Shown here one piece after another: positions 42,181-54,387 of a stretch of DNA of 64,000 nt (position 1 is the stretch's first letter; each line of letters begins with the position of its first letter). The notes beneath the pieces are model-generated. The model searched no databases and was not told the DNA's origin. It was given only the letters and a program-made list of their open reading frames with translations. Position numbers and translations under genes: made by a program. The stretch is from the NCBI GenBank assembly GCA_964234715.1, contig OZ174284.1; one strand, written 5' to 3'. The stretch is from Podarcis melisellensis (lineage: Eukaryota).

Positions 42181-45100
42181 AAAACAATCATAATAAAAAA
42201 GAAATACACCATCTGCTCTACATCTGATGATACATATTTTGGCAAAGGTTGGCCAGGTGGGCGTGGTTTGCTTGAAATGGCTTCACAGGGCAAATGAGAA
42301 AGTTTGGCAGATATAATTAGGCTGGAGATTTCCCACTGCTGACTAAATAGTCTGGCAGTGATGCTTCCGAGTGTTAGACAGTCTTTCGCGCACACCTGTG
42401 GAGATGCCCAGGACATGCTGCATGGCATCTGGTGTGTCACTGAACCATGGTCCTTTCTCTCATTGTCTAAGAGGCTACCTTAGCCCAACAGCCAGATTTT
42501 GAGGGCAAGCTCCATAAACACATCTCAAAGTCTAGAACCAAAAGCACGTGAGCAGAAATTCAGCTCTCTATTGTGTGAACGTGCCATATGAACATTCACT
42601 TATTATTATTATATTTCCCCCTTTGCATAGCTATCCCAAAGGTCAGCTGAAGTTGTGTTTCTAAGTCTGACAAATTTAAATAATACTGACCTACATTAAA
42701 AAGAGTTATTAGGATTACTGAGGTAATGTGCATTAAGCTCCTTAAAAACTCAGAGAGTTATATACTTTATATTGTATATTACATGTATATTTCTTTTTTT
42801 GCTAGCTTTGGTATCAAAGATGCTTAAGGAAAACTATTTCCACTGTGCATGTGGTTTTTAACCTTGAATTTCCTTTTGAGGTTGCGGCACCAAAATTCAG
42901 GAGAGTTTAAAATGCACTTTTTCCGTTTAATGGGAGAAGAGGCTGAGAGATAAACCTTTGGTGACAGTGAATCTATGGTTGGTACACATATAGAACTTAA
43001 GTTCATGGTCAAATTCAGGGTGTTCAAGGCACAAGCCTTGCTTTAGCTAACACATTTTTATTCAATAAAGCCTTAACACTCAGCAGCCAGTCCATCTATC
43101 ACTGTTAGTTTGCCATCAACATAGCAATGTCCTAATGGGAACTATGATTCATTCTTCCAAAGCATTTATCTGTGGTCCAGTAAAAGATGATTTTTTTAAA
43201 TTAAAGGCTCAATAGTTTAACTGCTTTTAATGAACGTGCAGTACAAGTGACCACAGTGAAATGAATTTTCAAGAGAAGTATCAACATACTGCTTTGGAAG
43301 GAAGTCTGCACTTTTCTAGAAATATTTGATAGAGTTGTTTGATGCACATGATTTAACCCCCACCCCCCACAAAAAACACAGGAAAAGGGCCCTTCTACAA
43401 CTGCCATTGTGTAGGTTTACATTGTTTGCAGTAATTTTCAACTGACGGATTTGCCAACATAACCAAGCCCATTATCTGCTAGAAAATAATAAAAAGACAA
43501 GCATTGTATAGAACTTTCATTTAAATAAATACCACATTATATAAATCAGCTTTGCCTTTAAATAAAAACATGGTATACACAGGAGATGTGATGGCAAACA
43601 TTACCTAATGCTCCCCGTTTGCTTGCTGATGTGTGAGCCAGGTATAAAGTTTTATTAGGTTTTTTTATTAGACTTATAATGCAGTTCCAACCTGTCTCCA
43701 TTTGCCAGATCAGTCAGTTGTGCCAAAACAGAGGAAATTAGAAACACATTAATATGAAACCCTTTAAGATGCAGATGGGCTATGCTGGTCCTCTTCGTTT
43801 ACTTCAATCTGATCCTAAACCCACTTACTTCTGAGAATCTTCTGCTGAGTTCATTGAGGATTACTTCTGGATTAAAACTCTTAACATTGGAATCTATATG
43901 CATATTTACTCAGAAGTAAGTTCCACTGTGTTCAACGGGGATTACACCCTAGTAAAAAATTAAGATTGTAAGAAGGGGTGCTTACAGGATTTTCTGGGCC
44001 CAGGTCACTCTGTACGTGAATTGGGCTCTCCAGTCCGGCTGTAGAAGAGGACATAGATTTATATAAAATGTGCATATGCTTTGTGCTGTAGGTAAATGTA
44101 TGTCCTTTTTTGCAGGTGGAGTTGAGGCCCTCAACATAAATCAGTGGTTGCAAGCATCATAAAATGTGTAACAGAATGTGAACGGGTAAAGCTTTTCCTA
44201 TAATTGTATTTCCATAGTAGAAAAACCTTTACCTGTTGGACTTCTGCCTGTCACACACTTCTTAAAAGCACAAGAATCCTGCTTCCCTCAGTGCCAACCC
44301 TAAACCAAAACCAAGGCTGCACTTCTGTACCCACTGACCTAAGAGTGAGTTTTGCATTTGTCATTGGGGAGCAGAGTGGGGGATTCTTTAACATCCACTT
44401 ACATGAGGTAGAATTAGCAAAAAATAATTTATAGGGAGTACCTGATCTCAGATGAAAGCACCACAGGAATGAGGCATCCTGATTTATAGGAAAAACAGGG
44501 ATTCCTATTGCCTGTTTTCCCAAAAACACAGCTCTGATTTCACTCATTGGCTAAAAACACTGAATGGTGACAATAGACAGTCTTGGCCATCACACAGAAA
44601 TCACTTAGAAGAGTATCTGGACATTTTGCTTCATAACTTTTTAGAATGGCTAGATAATTGATTTCTTTAAAAATGAAAGATCAGTCTGGGGGCCTTGCAA
44701 GCTGTGGGTCCGGTAGATCAGTACCTTCTGTACCTGTCTTTTGATAACCCTAAGTCCCACAAACCCAGTTTGCACTATTAAATCCTCGCTTAATGAGCCA
44801 AATTATTCACAAATTTAGTGTGTTTGCACACATCCCCTTCACTCCTACTTCATTCACCCCTTTGTGTGAGCAGGGAACAAACCAGGAAGCCACAGCAAAC
44901 CACAGTTTCTTGTTACATGTGAACCAGGAATATCAATACAATCAGGAACCCTCCCCAGCAGGCTCTATCATGGTTAACAGCTTCTGGCAAAGCCAGAGCA
45001 AAGGGGCTGAGTGATCTGGATTTGATTGTGCAAATGCAGCTACTGTGTTCAATGACATTTATAGTTTAATGAGTATAGGATTGCAGCTTAAGACTGCACC

Positions 45101-45468
45101 AATCCTAGCACATCAGGCTTTTAAATGTTCTTTTTAAAAATACAATTGCATCAGTGAAATACTGGAACAAGTCAACATTAAATATGGCTTAACAAAAATA
45201 AAGGAAGTGTCACTATTTGGGACCCCATGGGGTCACAAATTCAATATAAATTTCCACTACCCAATGAACAACACAGAGCTTTGTATTGGCAGTTAATATC
45301 AGAAATATATAAACCAGGAGAGGCAAACCGTTTTTTAGCTTGAGGGCCATGTACTCTCATGAGAAAACATCTGGGAACCATATGCTGGGCGTGGGCAGGG
45401 TCAGAGGTAAGCGTGGATGGGACTATAAAGAATAGTGAGGCGGGGAACAATAGATGTGACTCCTACCT

Positions 45469-47050
45469 CCCAGGGGAACTGAAGGAGGCAGTGGTGCGCC
45501 CGCTCTTAAAGAAAACATCATTAGATCCTTTAGATCTATCCAATTACCGCCCGGTTTCGAATCTTCCGTTCCTGGGTAAGGTGATTGAGAGAGCGGTTGC
45601 TGAACAGCTTGGTGGGTTTCTGGATGAAACATCGGCTCTGGATCCATTCCAGTCCGGCTTCCGCGCTGGCCATGGGACCGAGACGGCTCTGGTTGCCCTA
45701 ACAGATGATCTTCGTAGACAGCTGGATCGAGGCGGGTCGGGGCTGCTGATTCTTCTAGATTTGTCAGCAGCTTTTGACATGGTCGATCATGAACTTCTGG
45801 ACCACCGCCTTGCCGACGTGGGGATCCAGGGCACAGTCCTTCAATGGCTGCGCTCGTTTCTCTCTGGTCGGGGACAGAGGGTAGCGCTTGGGGGGGAATT
45901 GTCATCGCGCCACTCCTTGGTGTGTGGAGTGCCTCAGGGTGCGATTCTCTCCCCGATGCTTTTTAACATCTTTATGCGCCCCCTCGCCCAGCTTGTCAGG
46001 AGTTTTGGGCTGGGCTGCCATCAGTATGCTGATGACACCCAACTCTACCTGTTGATGGATGGCCATCCTGACTCGGCCCCAGACACACTGATCAGATGCT
46101 TGGAAGCTGTGGCTGGATGGTTGCGTGGGAGCCGGTTGAAGTTAAATCCTTCGAAGACAGAGGTCCTCTGGTTGGGACGGGATGATATGGGACTGAGGGG
46201 GCAGCTCCCATCTCTTGCGGGGGTGCAATTAGTGCCAGCACCGTCCGTTAAGAGTTTGGGTGTAATCTTCGATACCTCCCTCTCCATGGAGGTGCAGATT
46301 GCAGCTATTACAAAGGCGGCGTTTTTTCATCTCCGCCAAGCTAAGCAGTTGGCTCCTTACCTCTCTCGCCCTGACCTAGCTACTGTGATCCACGCGACGG
46401 TCACCTCCAGACTGGATTATTGTAACTCGCTCTACGTGGGGCTGCCCTTGAGACTGACCCAAAAACTCCAGCGGGTGCAGAATGCCGCAGCGAGACTCCT
46501 TACGGGGTCTTCGCTGTGAGATCACATTCATCCGGTGCTATACCAGCTGCACTGGCTCCCGGTGGAGTACAGGATCAGGTTTAAGGTGCTGGTTTTAACC
46601 TTCAAAGCCCTATACGGCCTAGGACCCTCGTACCTACGGGACCGCCTCTCCTGGTATGCCCCACAGAGGAACCTACGGTCTTCAAACAAAAACACCTTGA
46701 AGGTCCCAGGCCACAGAGAGGTTAGGCTGGCCTCAACTAGAGCCAGGGCCTTTTCGGCTGCGGCTCCAACCTGGTGGAATGCTCTGTCACAAGAGACAAG
46801 GGCCCTGCAGGACTTGACATCTTTCCGTAGGGCCTGCAAGACAGAGCTGTTCCGCCAGGCCTTTGGTTAGGGCGCAGCCTGACTCCCTCCTCTGGCAACC
46901 TTTACAAAACTTTATGGCTGCCATCAATCTTGATTTTAATTAATTTTTATAATGTTTTTATAATGTCGCACTATTTTGGTGTTGTTAGCCGCCCTGAGCC
47001 CGGCTTCGGCTGGGGAGGGCGGGATATAAATAAAATTTATTATTATTATT
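45469..47050 (+). mobile_element. 5'-truncated L2-clade LINE (RT domain plus 3' UTR), young
   Basis: RT motifs NYRPVSNL, QSGFR, LLDLSAAFD, GVPQG and YADDTQLY, plus the L2-type C-terminus (SRLDYCNS, LHWLPV). One frame runs to TAG at 46870 with a single internal TGA at 46517-46519. Ends in GGGCGGGATATAAATAAA(ATT)n. CpG-rich. Confidence 0.93.
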
Positions 47051-48420
47051 ACTACTACCTTTGTACAGCAGATTGCATTCTAGTCACACAAAAGTCAGAA
47101 GATTCTACATGGTCACACTCATACATCTCTCCAATCTCCATGAAGGTAAGCAAGAGGCATTATCACGGTTCACAAGTACTTTCCAGCCACGCAAACACAT
47201 TCAAGAATAGAAGTGAGCAGGACTTGTGAAGGCTGTGGCTATGGTAGAGTGGTGTTGTCTAGAAACAGACTCAGTGGGCTATATTCAGCACCAATCCTTG
47301 ACATAAATTTCAAGGTTTCGTTATAAAATTCTCTATCCCCCCCCCATGTGTGTCACAATTCAAATTATGTTAGATGCATATAAATATGTTAAGTTAATTT
47401 CTTAACTTACTTAACTAGAAAGACCAAGCTTAAGAGACAAATCAGAGCTTTAAAGTATAACTGCATTTACTCAGAATTAGAAGTCAGTAAACGCTCTCCT
47501 TTATTCCTCATGATAGAGATAAGGCCTACCTCCCCTCTCCTCTGGAGTAGCTGTAAGGAGAAAGCAAGCTTTTACTTCTAATTTTGCTTAACTGCAGTTT
47601 AGTGTTACATTTGGATCCTAAACTATAGCAAACCTTAACTACGGTTTGCAGAAAAAATCTGAAGTTGGCTTCTTTCAAACAAGCCCATCCAGCAATGACC
47701 GTCTGTGAGGCCTGAATGCATCTACAAGCTGTGATTAATAAAAAATGAAAGAAACTTCTTCAAATCCCTCCGTGCTGCTGCACCAGAGAAGGAAGGCAGG
47801 GAAGCAGACAACAGCAGGGCTCACTGTGGCTCATTTCCACTCAAACAAACCACGGTTTATCATGAAGTTCGAATGAAGACTTTGTGTTCTCTTTTTACAT
47901 CATCTGTTATCCTTGGATAACAACTTCTGAATTCATTTTAACATTCTATTTGTAATATCTGAAAGGCTGAAGTAAGGGCTACTTTGGATGCTACATTTTA
48001 CGTAGTATTGCAGAGGCAACACTGGGAAAATCAGAGGCTCTTTACTCACATCTTTCATCCTGAAACAACAGCAAGGCTATCATCTTCGGCAGATAGAGTT
48101 CAGAGGTCCATAGAGCAACACAGTGATCTGTGAATGACCCAAGATAATCAGCAATGGATCTTCCGTATGTGTATGGATCCACTGGAGTAAGGTGTTACTT
48201 CATGTAGCACAAACAGGTTCCCCTCATCCAGGGCCCTGCATCCCTGTCCCCATGCATGTCTAGCACAGAGCTGTATTACAGCAGCCCTGAGAGAAAAGTG
48301 CTCACAGTTTCAAATAGCAACAAATATGTCTCCTCTTTCCAAGCAAAATTTCTGCATCCCCTGGGGAAATGTCCACTTATTTATTTATGTTGTCTTCACT
48401 TGCCCTCAGTGGCACCATCA

Positions 48421-48488
48421 ACTGCCCAGTGTGACTGGGGCAACCCAGTCAGTTGGGCAGGGTACAAATAATAAATTATTATTATTAT

Positions 48489-48521
<33 letters not shown>
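48421..48521 (+). mobile_element. Short LINE/SINE 3' end with (ATT)n(ACT)n tail
   Basis: CTGCCCAGTGTGACTGGGGCAACCCAGTCAGTTGGGCAGGGTACAAATAATAAA followed by (ATT)n then (ACT)n. Confidence 0.6.
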
Positions 48522-49979
48522 ACCAAATGTAGCTATTTTGACACAATCCCCATTCACTACATGATTGGGTGGGATCATATACATGACTAGCAAGTACGGA
48601 GACAAATGCAGCAACCTAGGGGTTAAATGGCACAGAACCAAAGGAAAATAATGTTCTCAGGGTTGGGAAAGTCAGTATTTGTACAACTCTAAAAGCTTTT
48701 TTTCTTTTGGATAGGGTTTAAATCCCCCCGCCCCAATCACCAATTACTAGTTTCCACAGAAAATATTTGCCATCCCTAGAAAATATCCTATTTTCTACTT
48801 CTCATTTTGGTCCCACATGGAAGTTGTCAAAAATCACCTCTGCACAGCAGCCTTCCATGTGGCAACTTTAAGGATCTCAAAACGATTTTGCTGGCAGTGC
48901 AAGCTCCCCACCCCACTACCACCAGCCGCATGAACTGCATGGCACCAGCATAAAGAGACTCCCTGTGATTACGGCTAACCACATGGTTAGTGGCTTTCAA
49001 ACATTTCAAATATCACATGAAGCACGGTCACCTAGAAGTCATTTTTGGCAGCCTGCATGCAGTGCCTGTAACATTTCAATCAGCCTTTGGTTTAAAAGAA
49101 AGTGAAACACTGAATTCACTCAAATGCCTGTTTAGATACAATGGCATCAGCTTGAAAACTTTCTCTATACTTATGAGGGAAGTAAAGAAAAGCATGGGTT
49201 GTATTGTGAGAGGAAGAACAACATTATTACTACTCCCAGGAATACATGCACACCTTAAGAACCTTCCATTTTTCAGCAGTGAAATAACAAATATTTGGTT
49301 CACATAAAACAAGTCAGAGCTAGCTTTTGACAGCAGGGCCTGGTTCCACTCCTTTTGCTAAGTCATTTATAAACAACCATAAAAGCGAAACAAAAAACCA
49401 CCACTATCCTCATTGGATTAACAAGATTTATATTTATAATCTGTACGTATTTTTCTATTAAATATTATGAACAATAGCTGAAGCACATGATAAAAACATT
49501 CTTTTTGGATCCTTACACAATATGAAGAGAGGGCGGAGGGGGAGCCCTTAACACACAACCAGTTCGATAAAATACATCGTTCTAATAGCAGGAGGGGTTG
49601 CTCTTTGCATATTCAGATAATTGTTCTGAAAGCTTTCCATTCCTGAAAAATTGCCACTTTACAACCAAGTGTTCAGAGTGAAGAATGTGCACAAAATTCC
49701 CCAGCTATCTGTAGGAAGATTATTTGTATAGCGCCTATTGGACCCGAGATTGTTCTGCTTCACTCTGTGTGACCTTTTAAGCCACTACAAGCTTCTATAA
49801 AAGGGGTTCTTCTTGCGTAGTAACATTTCTTAATAAATTACAGTTCTAATAGTAAAGCTAAAGCCATTTGCAAAAATGTAAATATGCAAGAATGCAACAA
49901 GGTACAGTTGTATACCTATATTTAGGTGTGCTTGAGTGCTACAGCGATTAGGTCTCAGATGTAAAGATGATTTACTAAC

Positions 49980-50069
49980 CTGCAATGGTCTCTGTTTATC
50001 ACTGCTCTTGGGAGATTTCAGCCCAGTTGTCTGTTGCTGTAAAAGCAGCTGTCTGGCTGCCTGCAAAGC
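49980..50069 (-). CDS. FOXP2: FOXP2 internal coding exon (orthologue of human exon 3), 90 bp, phase 0/0
   Basis: The minus strand reads tttacttgcag|GCT TTG CAG GCA GCC AGA ... CCA TTG CAG|gttagt and encodes [30 protein letters not shown]. This matches the vertebrate FOXP2 peptide as I recall it ([30 protein letters not shown]) at 29/30 and differs from the FOXP1 paralogue. AG/GT boundaries are canonical. Confidence 0.97.
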
Positions 50070-50405
50070 CTGCAAGTAAATACAATATCAAGGTAAATAA
50101 TTTTTGAACATTTAATTGAAAATATTATTGCTTGTAACTTACCCAATGTTAACTTTCAAGCATAATTTGATCTTCCCTTATACAATCTGAAAACAGAAGA
50201 CTTCCCATTTTCTTTAAACACACCAAGAAAATTCCACAGAAAGTACTTATGCGAGATATTGTGAAAAAGTATATATGTGCAACAAATCCTCAAGGAAATA
50301 GCATTAATTTGTATAAAGTGCTTGAAGAGGAAAAATCATAAACCGCATCAATAGCCTCATCTCCACAAGGAACTTGTCTTTAAGTGTTCAGCTAAAATGC
50401 TCACA

Positions 50406-50609
50406 NNNNNNNNNNNNNNNNNNNNNNNNNNNNNNNNNNNNNNNNNNNNNNNNNNNNNNNNNNNNNNNNNNNNNNNNNNNNNNNNNNNNNNNNNNNNNNN
50501 NNNNNNNNNNNNNNNNNNNNNNNNNNNNNNNNNNNNNNNNNNNNNNNNNNNNNNNNNNNNNNNNNNNNNNNNNNNNNNNNNNNNNNNNNNNNNNNNNNNN
50601 NNNNNNNNN
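50406..50609. other. N-block, 204 bp
   Basis: Run of N; content not visible. Confidence 0.95.
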
Positions 50610-51070
50610 AAATAAAGTGGAGTTTTAATGCCAAATAAAATTAAGAGGCTTTCATTTGCATTCTTCGTAAACTCTGAGAACAAAGAAATCACTACCTAGC
50701 CAATCAGATTAGCTTCTGTGGGTGATAGCACTGCAATCAAAATATAGCATTAAAAAAATCTTTTCATTTGAATTAAGTAAAACAAAACTGAGCACAAGAG
50801 AAAGATGCCAATTACCAGGAAAATAGCTAACTTTAAAATGTGGTCTACACAAGCGGAACAACTAATGTGGACAGTAAAGTCTTTTTTTTTTTAAGGAACC
50901 CTTCAAAACCAACTATAAGAAACTACTAAGACTCCTTCATTCACTTTTATATCATATAACAAATCCAGTGAGTTGCTACTTTGTGATCTGAAAATATTAA
51001 AAGTACGTTTTATTTTATTTTCTGTAGAACTGGCACAGAAAACTATTTGCAAATACAGAGCAATGATTAC

Positions 51071-51100
51071 CTGAACAGTATGCACCCTAAAATTGCCAAA
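51071..51100 (-). CDS. Candidate 30-nt cassette micro-exon (FGNFRVHTVQ)
   Basis: Minus strand: tctaat branch-like motif (A at about -26), then actatacctttctttaccag|TTTGGCAATTTTAGGGTGCATACTGTTCAG|gtaatc. Open in phase 0. Motif-based only, with no transcript evidence. Confidence 0.3.
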
Positions 51101-51157
51101 CTGGTAAAGAAAGGTATAGTTTTGATTAGACTCAAATGAGCTGCTTTTTTAAAGATA

Positions 51158-51371
51158 NNNNNNNNNNNNNNNNNNNNNNNNNNNNNNNNNNNNNNNNNNN
51201 NNNNNNNNNNNNNNNNNNNNNNNNNNNNNNNNNNNNNNNNNNNNNNNNNNNNNNNNNNNNNNNNNNNNNNNNNNNNNNNNNNNNNNNNNNNNNNNNNNNN
51301 NNNNNNNNNNNNNNNNNNNNNNNNNNNNNNNNNNNNNNNNNNNNNNNNNNNNNNNNNNNNNNNNNNNNNNN
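51158..51371. other. N-block, 214 bp
   Basis: Run of N; content not visible. Confidence 0.95.
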
Positions 51372-54239
51372 TGAGAAAGCACGCAGACACAGCAAACCAA
51401 AGTAAACAAACTGCACGCACTATCGCCAGCTCCTAAGAACACAGATTTGTCCGCCTGTAAAAGGCATCAGTACGTGGCTGAAGCATACCCACAACAATCC
51501 TCTTGCTGTTTTCTTGGGGTTTTCAAGTAATTGCAGACCAGTATTAGCCCTACGAAACCACCCTAGCTTGCTTTAAATTCAAGTGCAACAGATTTTAAAA
51601 GAGGATCACAAAGCTTGCTGAGGAAAGGCAGGCCTCTCATTTATTCCTGAGCCTGAAGAGATATTAAGCAAAAAAATATTTTAGATTGCAGAGTGGTATC
51701 TATAGGTTTACAGTAGTACTGTGGAGGCTTGGAAGCACCATCAAGGGATGGGACAGCGGGCTTTTAGGAGAAGAATATGGCCAAGGTTGTCTCCCAGGCT
51801 ATGTACACATTGGCAGCAAGTCACATTTGCATCGTGCAAAGCACAGAGGAAGAGGTATCTATACCCCAATGCACATTACCTGTTTGCTTTCCCCACCCGT
51901 GGAAAGCTCCCCCATAACACCTATTCATGAAGCTGTCATCTGTGCATGTGCACCTATCTGCTGGTGTCTCTAATGTACACCCCTTGGCAAAACTGCAAAA
52001 TGAATATGGCTTACGTCTTCTAATTGGATGGAAGGGGAAAATGCACCAAACAGCAGCATTTCTCAAGAAGCTACAGCATCAATATGGATGTGGCTAATAG
52101 TGTGTGTATGTGGCTTCCAAACCTAGCAATGGAGCACACTTGATGCAGAGTAAACTGTAATGTGCACACAACCTCTGACAGCTTCTCATTCCATCCCTTT
52201 GATCTGGTACAGTAGTTTACAGCAATCCCTGGTTTGCAAAACAAGGAACCAGTCTCAGCAATGTGCATGTAAGAAATGAAAGCAGAACAACCATGGCACA
52301 AGCCCCTCAGGAAGCTGCCTTATACTAAAAAAGATCATTGGTCCACCTGGCTCAGAACTTCTCTCATCTGGTGCCCTTCAGATGTTCTAGACATTCCTGA
52401 CCACTGGTCATGTTGGTTGTGGCTGATGAAATTTGTAGTTCAGAACATTTGGGGGACACCAGGGTGTGGAATGATGCTCTACCACTGACAGAAAGTGGAT
52501 CTCCATGTTATTGGAGGGGTTTCCTACCTGGAACCCCAAGGATTGAACCTGGGATATTTTACATGCAAAAGGAGACCCTTCTCCTGTCTTAAACTTGTGT
52601 GTCCAATCGCTAAATGTGAATTAAAATGTTAAATTTGTATGAAAGGGTATCTTAGAAATGCTGACAACTGGAATACTGTGAGAAATACAGATTGCGGTTG
52701 TAGACTCTTGGGCTGGGCTTTAAGTGTTTCTGTTGCGTGGGTTGTTGCTATTATTGATATTTTTGTATCTTTATTTTGGATCTTATGATTTATTTGGGAG
52801 CTGTTCCAATTTGGTTGTGTTTTTTCTGGAGTTTTATTTATTGTTTATGGCTGCTTTTGTTATGTTGTAATGTATTTTTTCATGCTGTAAGCCAATTTGA
52901 GCATGGTTTCAACTATAGAAAGGAGACATACAAATAAAACTATGCAAGTATGTATGGTAAACAAATAGAGACGAGTACCTTAAATTCTCCTTTTGTCAAT
53001 TCACTTACTCATATTAAATCCATGATAAATGAGTGAGCTATGAATGATGTATGGAATTTGTCACTGCTTAGCATATGATGGAATTAGTGCATCTTTCAAA
53101 ACTGAGGATAATTTGATTTGGTAAGATTTGTGTATCATTTAAGAATTATATACTTACACGGGGGGAGGGGGGCTCAACACAATTTACAGTATCTATAATA
53201 TAAGAAAACATGAGAAAAGCATTAAAACTGTATATGATATCAGTAAACTCACACTGAAGCCTGGATTGAGTAGCTATCATTAAAGCTGCCCATAAGCCTG
53301 GAAGAATAAAAATGATTTTCCTGGTGCAGAAATGATAGTTAACTTGGCGCCAGACATGCCTTCCTGGGGAAAGCGCTCCAAAGTCCAGGGTTGCACTATT
53401 ACAGTACTGTACTGAGAAGGTCCAGTCTCCCATTCTGTAAACTTATATGAAGATCTGTCTGCCCTTTAACGCAATTAGCAAAAACTTGCAAAATGGGTTG
53501 ATGAAACAAATTGCAACTTTTCACTGAAAACGAGCAGTTTAGAAATGAGTAGCAGTTTAGAGGTTTGTGAGGTGGTCATGTCCAAATTCCAAAAACATCT
53601 GTGTGGAATTAAGTAGCATTTTTACTTAACAAAGTAATCTAATTCAGTAAAAGTATGGAACATGTGACAGCTTAAAACAATAAAGCCACTGAGGATTTGG
53701 ATTAAAGTAATAATACCATTCTGGACAACAGGTGTCCAGAACAGGCAATATTACACAAAATATTGATCATGTGGCTTTGGGAACACATTGCTGCACACTA
53801 TTTACGGGTAAATATTGCTGTGACTCCTAAACTTGTAAGCAACATACAAATAAACTTATATACTCTTGATAATTGTAAAACCTTAAACAGATAATAATAA
53901 TATATTTAACCAGGTTTGCAAAACTTAGGAGCCAGTGTGATTCTCTGGATTTTACAGCTAAGTCTTACTGAGATTCTGTGTATACATACAAGTTCCTGTT
54001 ACGTGCATATTCAGGAGCTACATTTTTACATGTTTTAATTACACCTCTTTTTTAGTGTTAAGCAGGACTGAAATTGCTTAATATATACAAATTACTGAAT
54101 TATTTTATAAATATGTTGTTTTCCTCCTTTTCGATTTTTTTTCTAAAAGAAAACAGATGTCATTCATATTGTTTCGTTAAAAACAGGAATGTTTAACCTA
54201 TCAGCCTGTTGCATTTGAGATGTTAAAATGAAAAATGAC

Positions 54240-54387
54240 NNNNNNNNNNNNNNNNNNNNNNNNNNNNNNNNNNNNNNNNNNNNNNNNNNNNNNNNNNNNN
54301 NNNNNNNNNNNNNNNNNNNNNNNNNNNNNNNNNNNNNNNNNNNNNNNNNNNNNNNNNNNNNNNNNNNNNNNNNNNNNNNNNNNNNNN
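54240..54387. other. N-block, 148 bp
   Basis: Run of N; content not visible. Confidence 0.95.

Larger units (their letters stand above)
1..49979 (-). other. FOXP2: FOXP2 intron downstream of exon 3 (>50 kb; exon 4 lies outside the window)
   Basis: GT donor at 49979-49978. No exon-4-type peptide (VPVSVAMM...) appears in the ORF track or in my reading of the unmasked sequence. Confidence 0.8.

Noticed and set aside
45359-46519. 386-aa RT ORF as a host gene or novel RT system
   Set aside because: It is a 5'-truncated L2 LINE. The first ~36 codons are fortuitous flank, there is no endonuclease domain, and there is an internal stop and a LINE tail.
1-49979. Human-type FOXP2 exon 3b (ELLPETKLCICGH...) in this intron
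   Set aside because: I found no recognisable match in the ORF track or by eye in unmasked sequence. It may be absent, diverged or hidden in an N-block.
49830-50075. 81-aa ORF as a standalone protein
   Set aside because: Only the 30 codons between the AG and GT match FOXP2; the rest is intron read-through.
51402-51408. GTAAACA forkhead motif suggesting FOXP2 autoregulation
   Set aside because: About a dozen copies are expected by chance in 64 kb of this composition, similar to the number I noticed. No enrichment.
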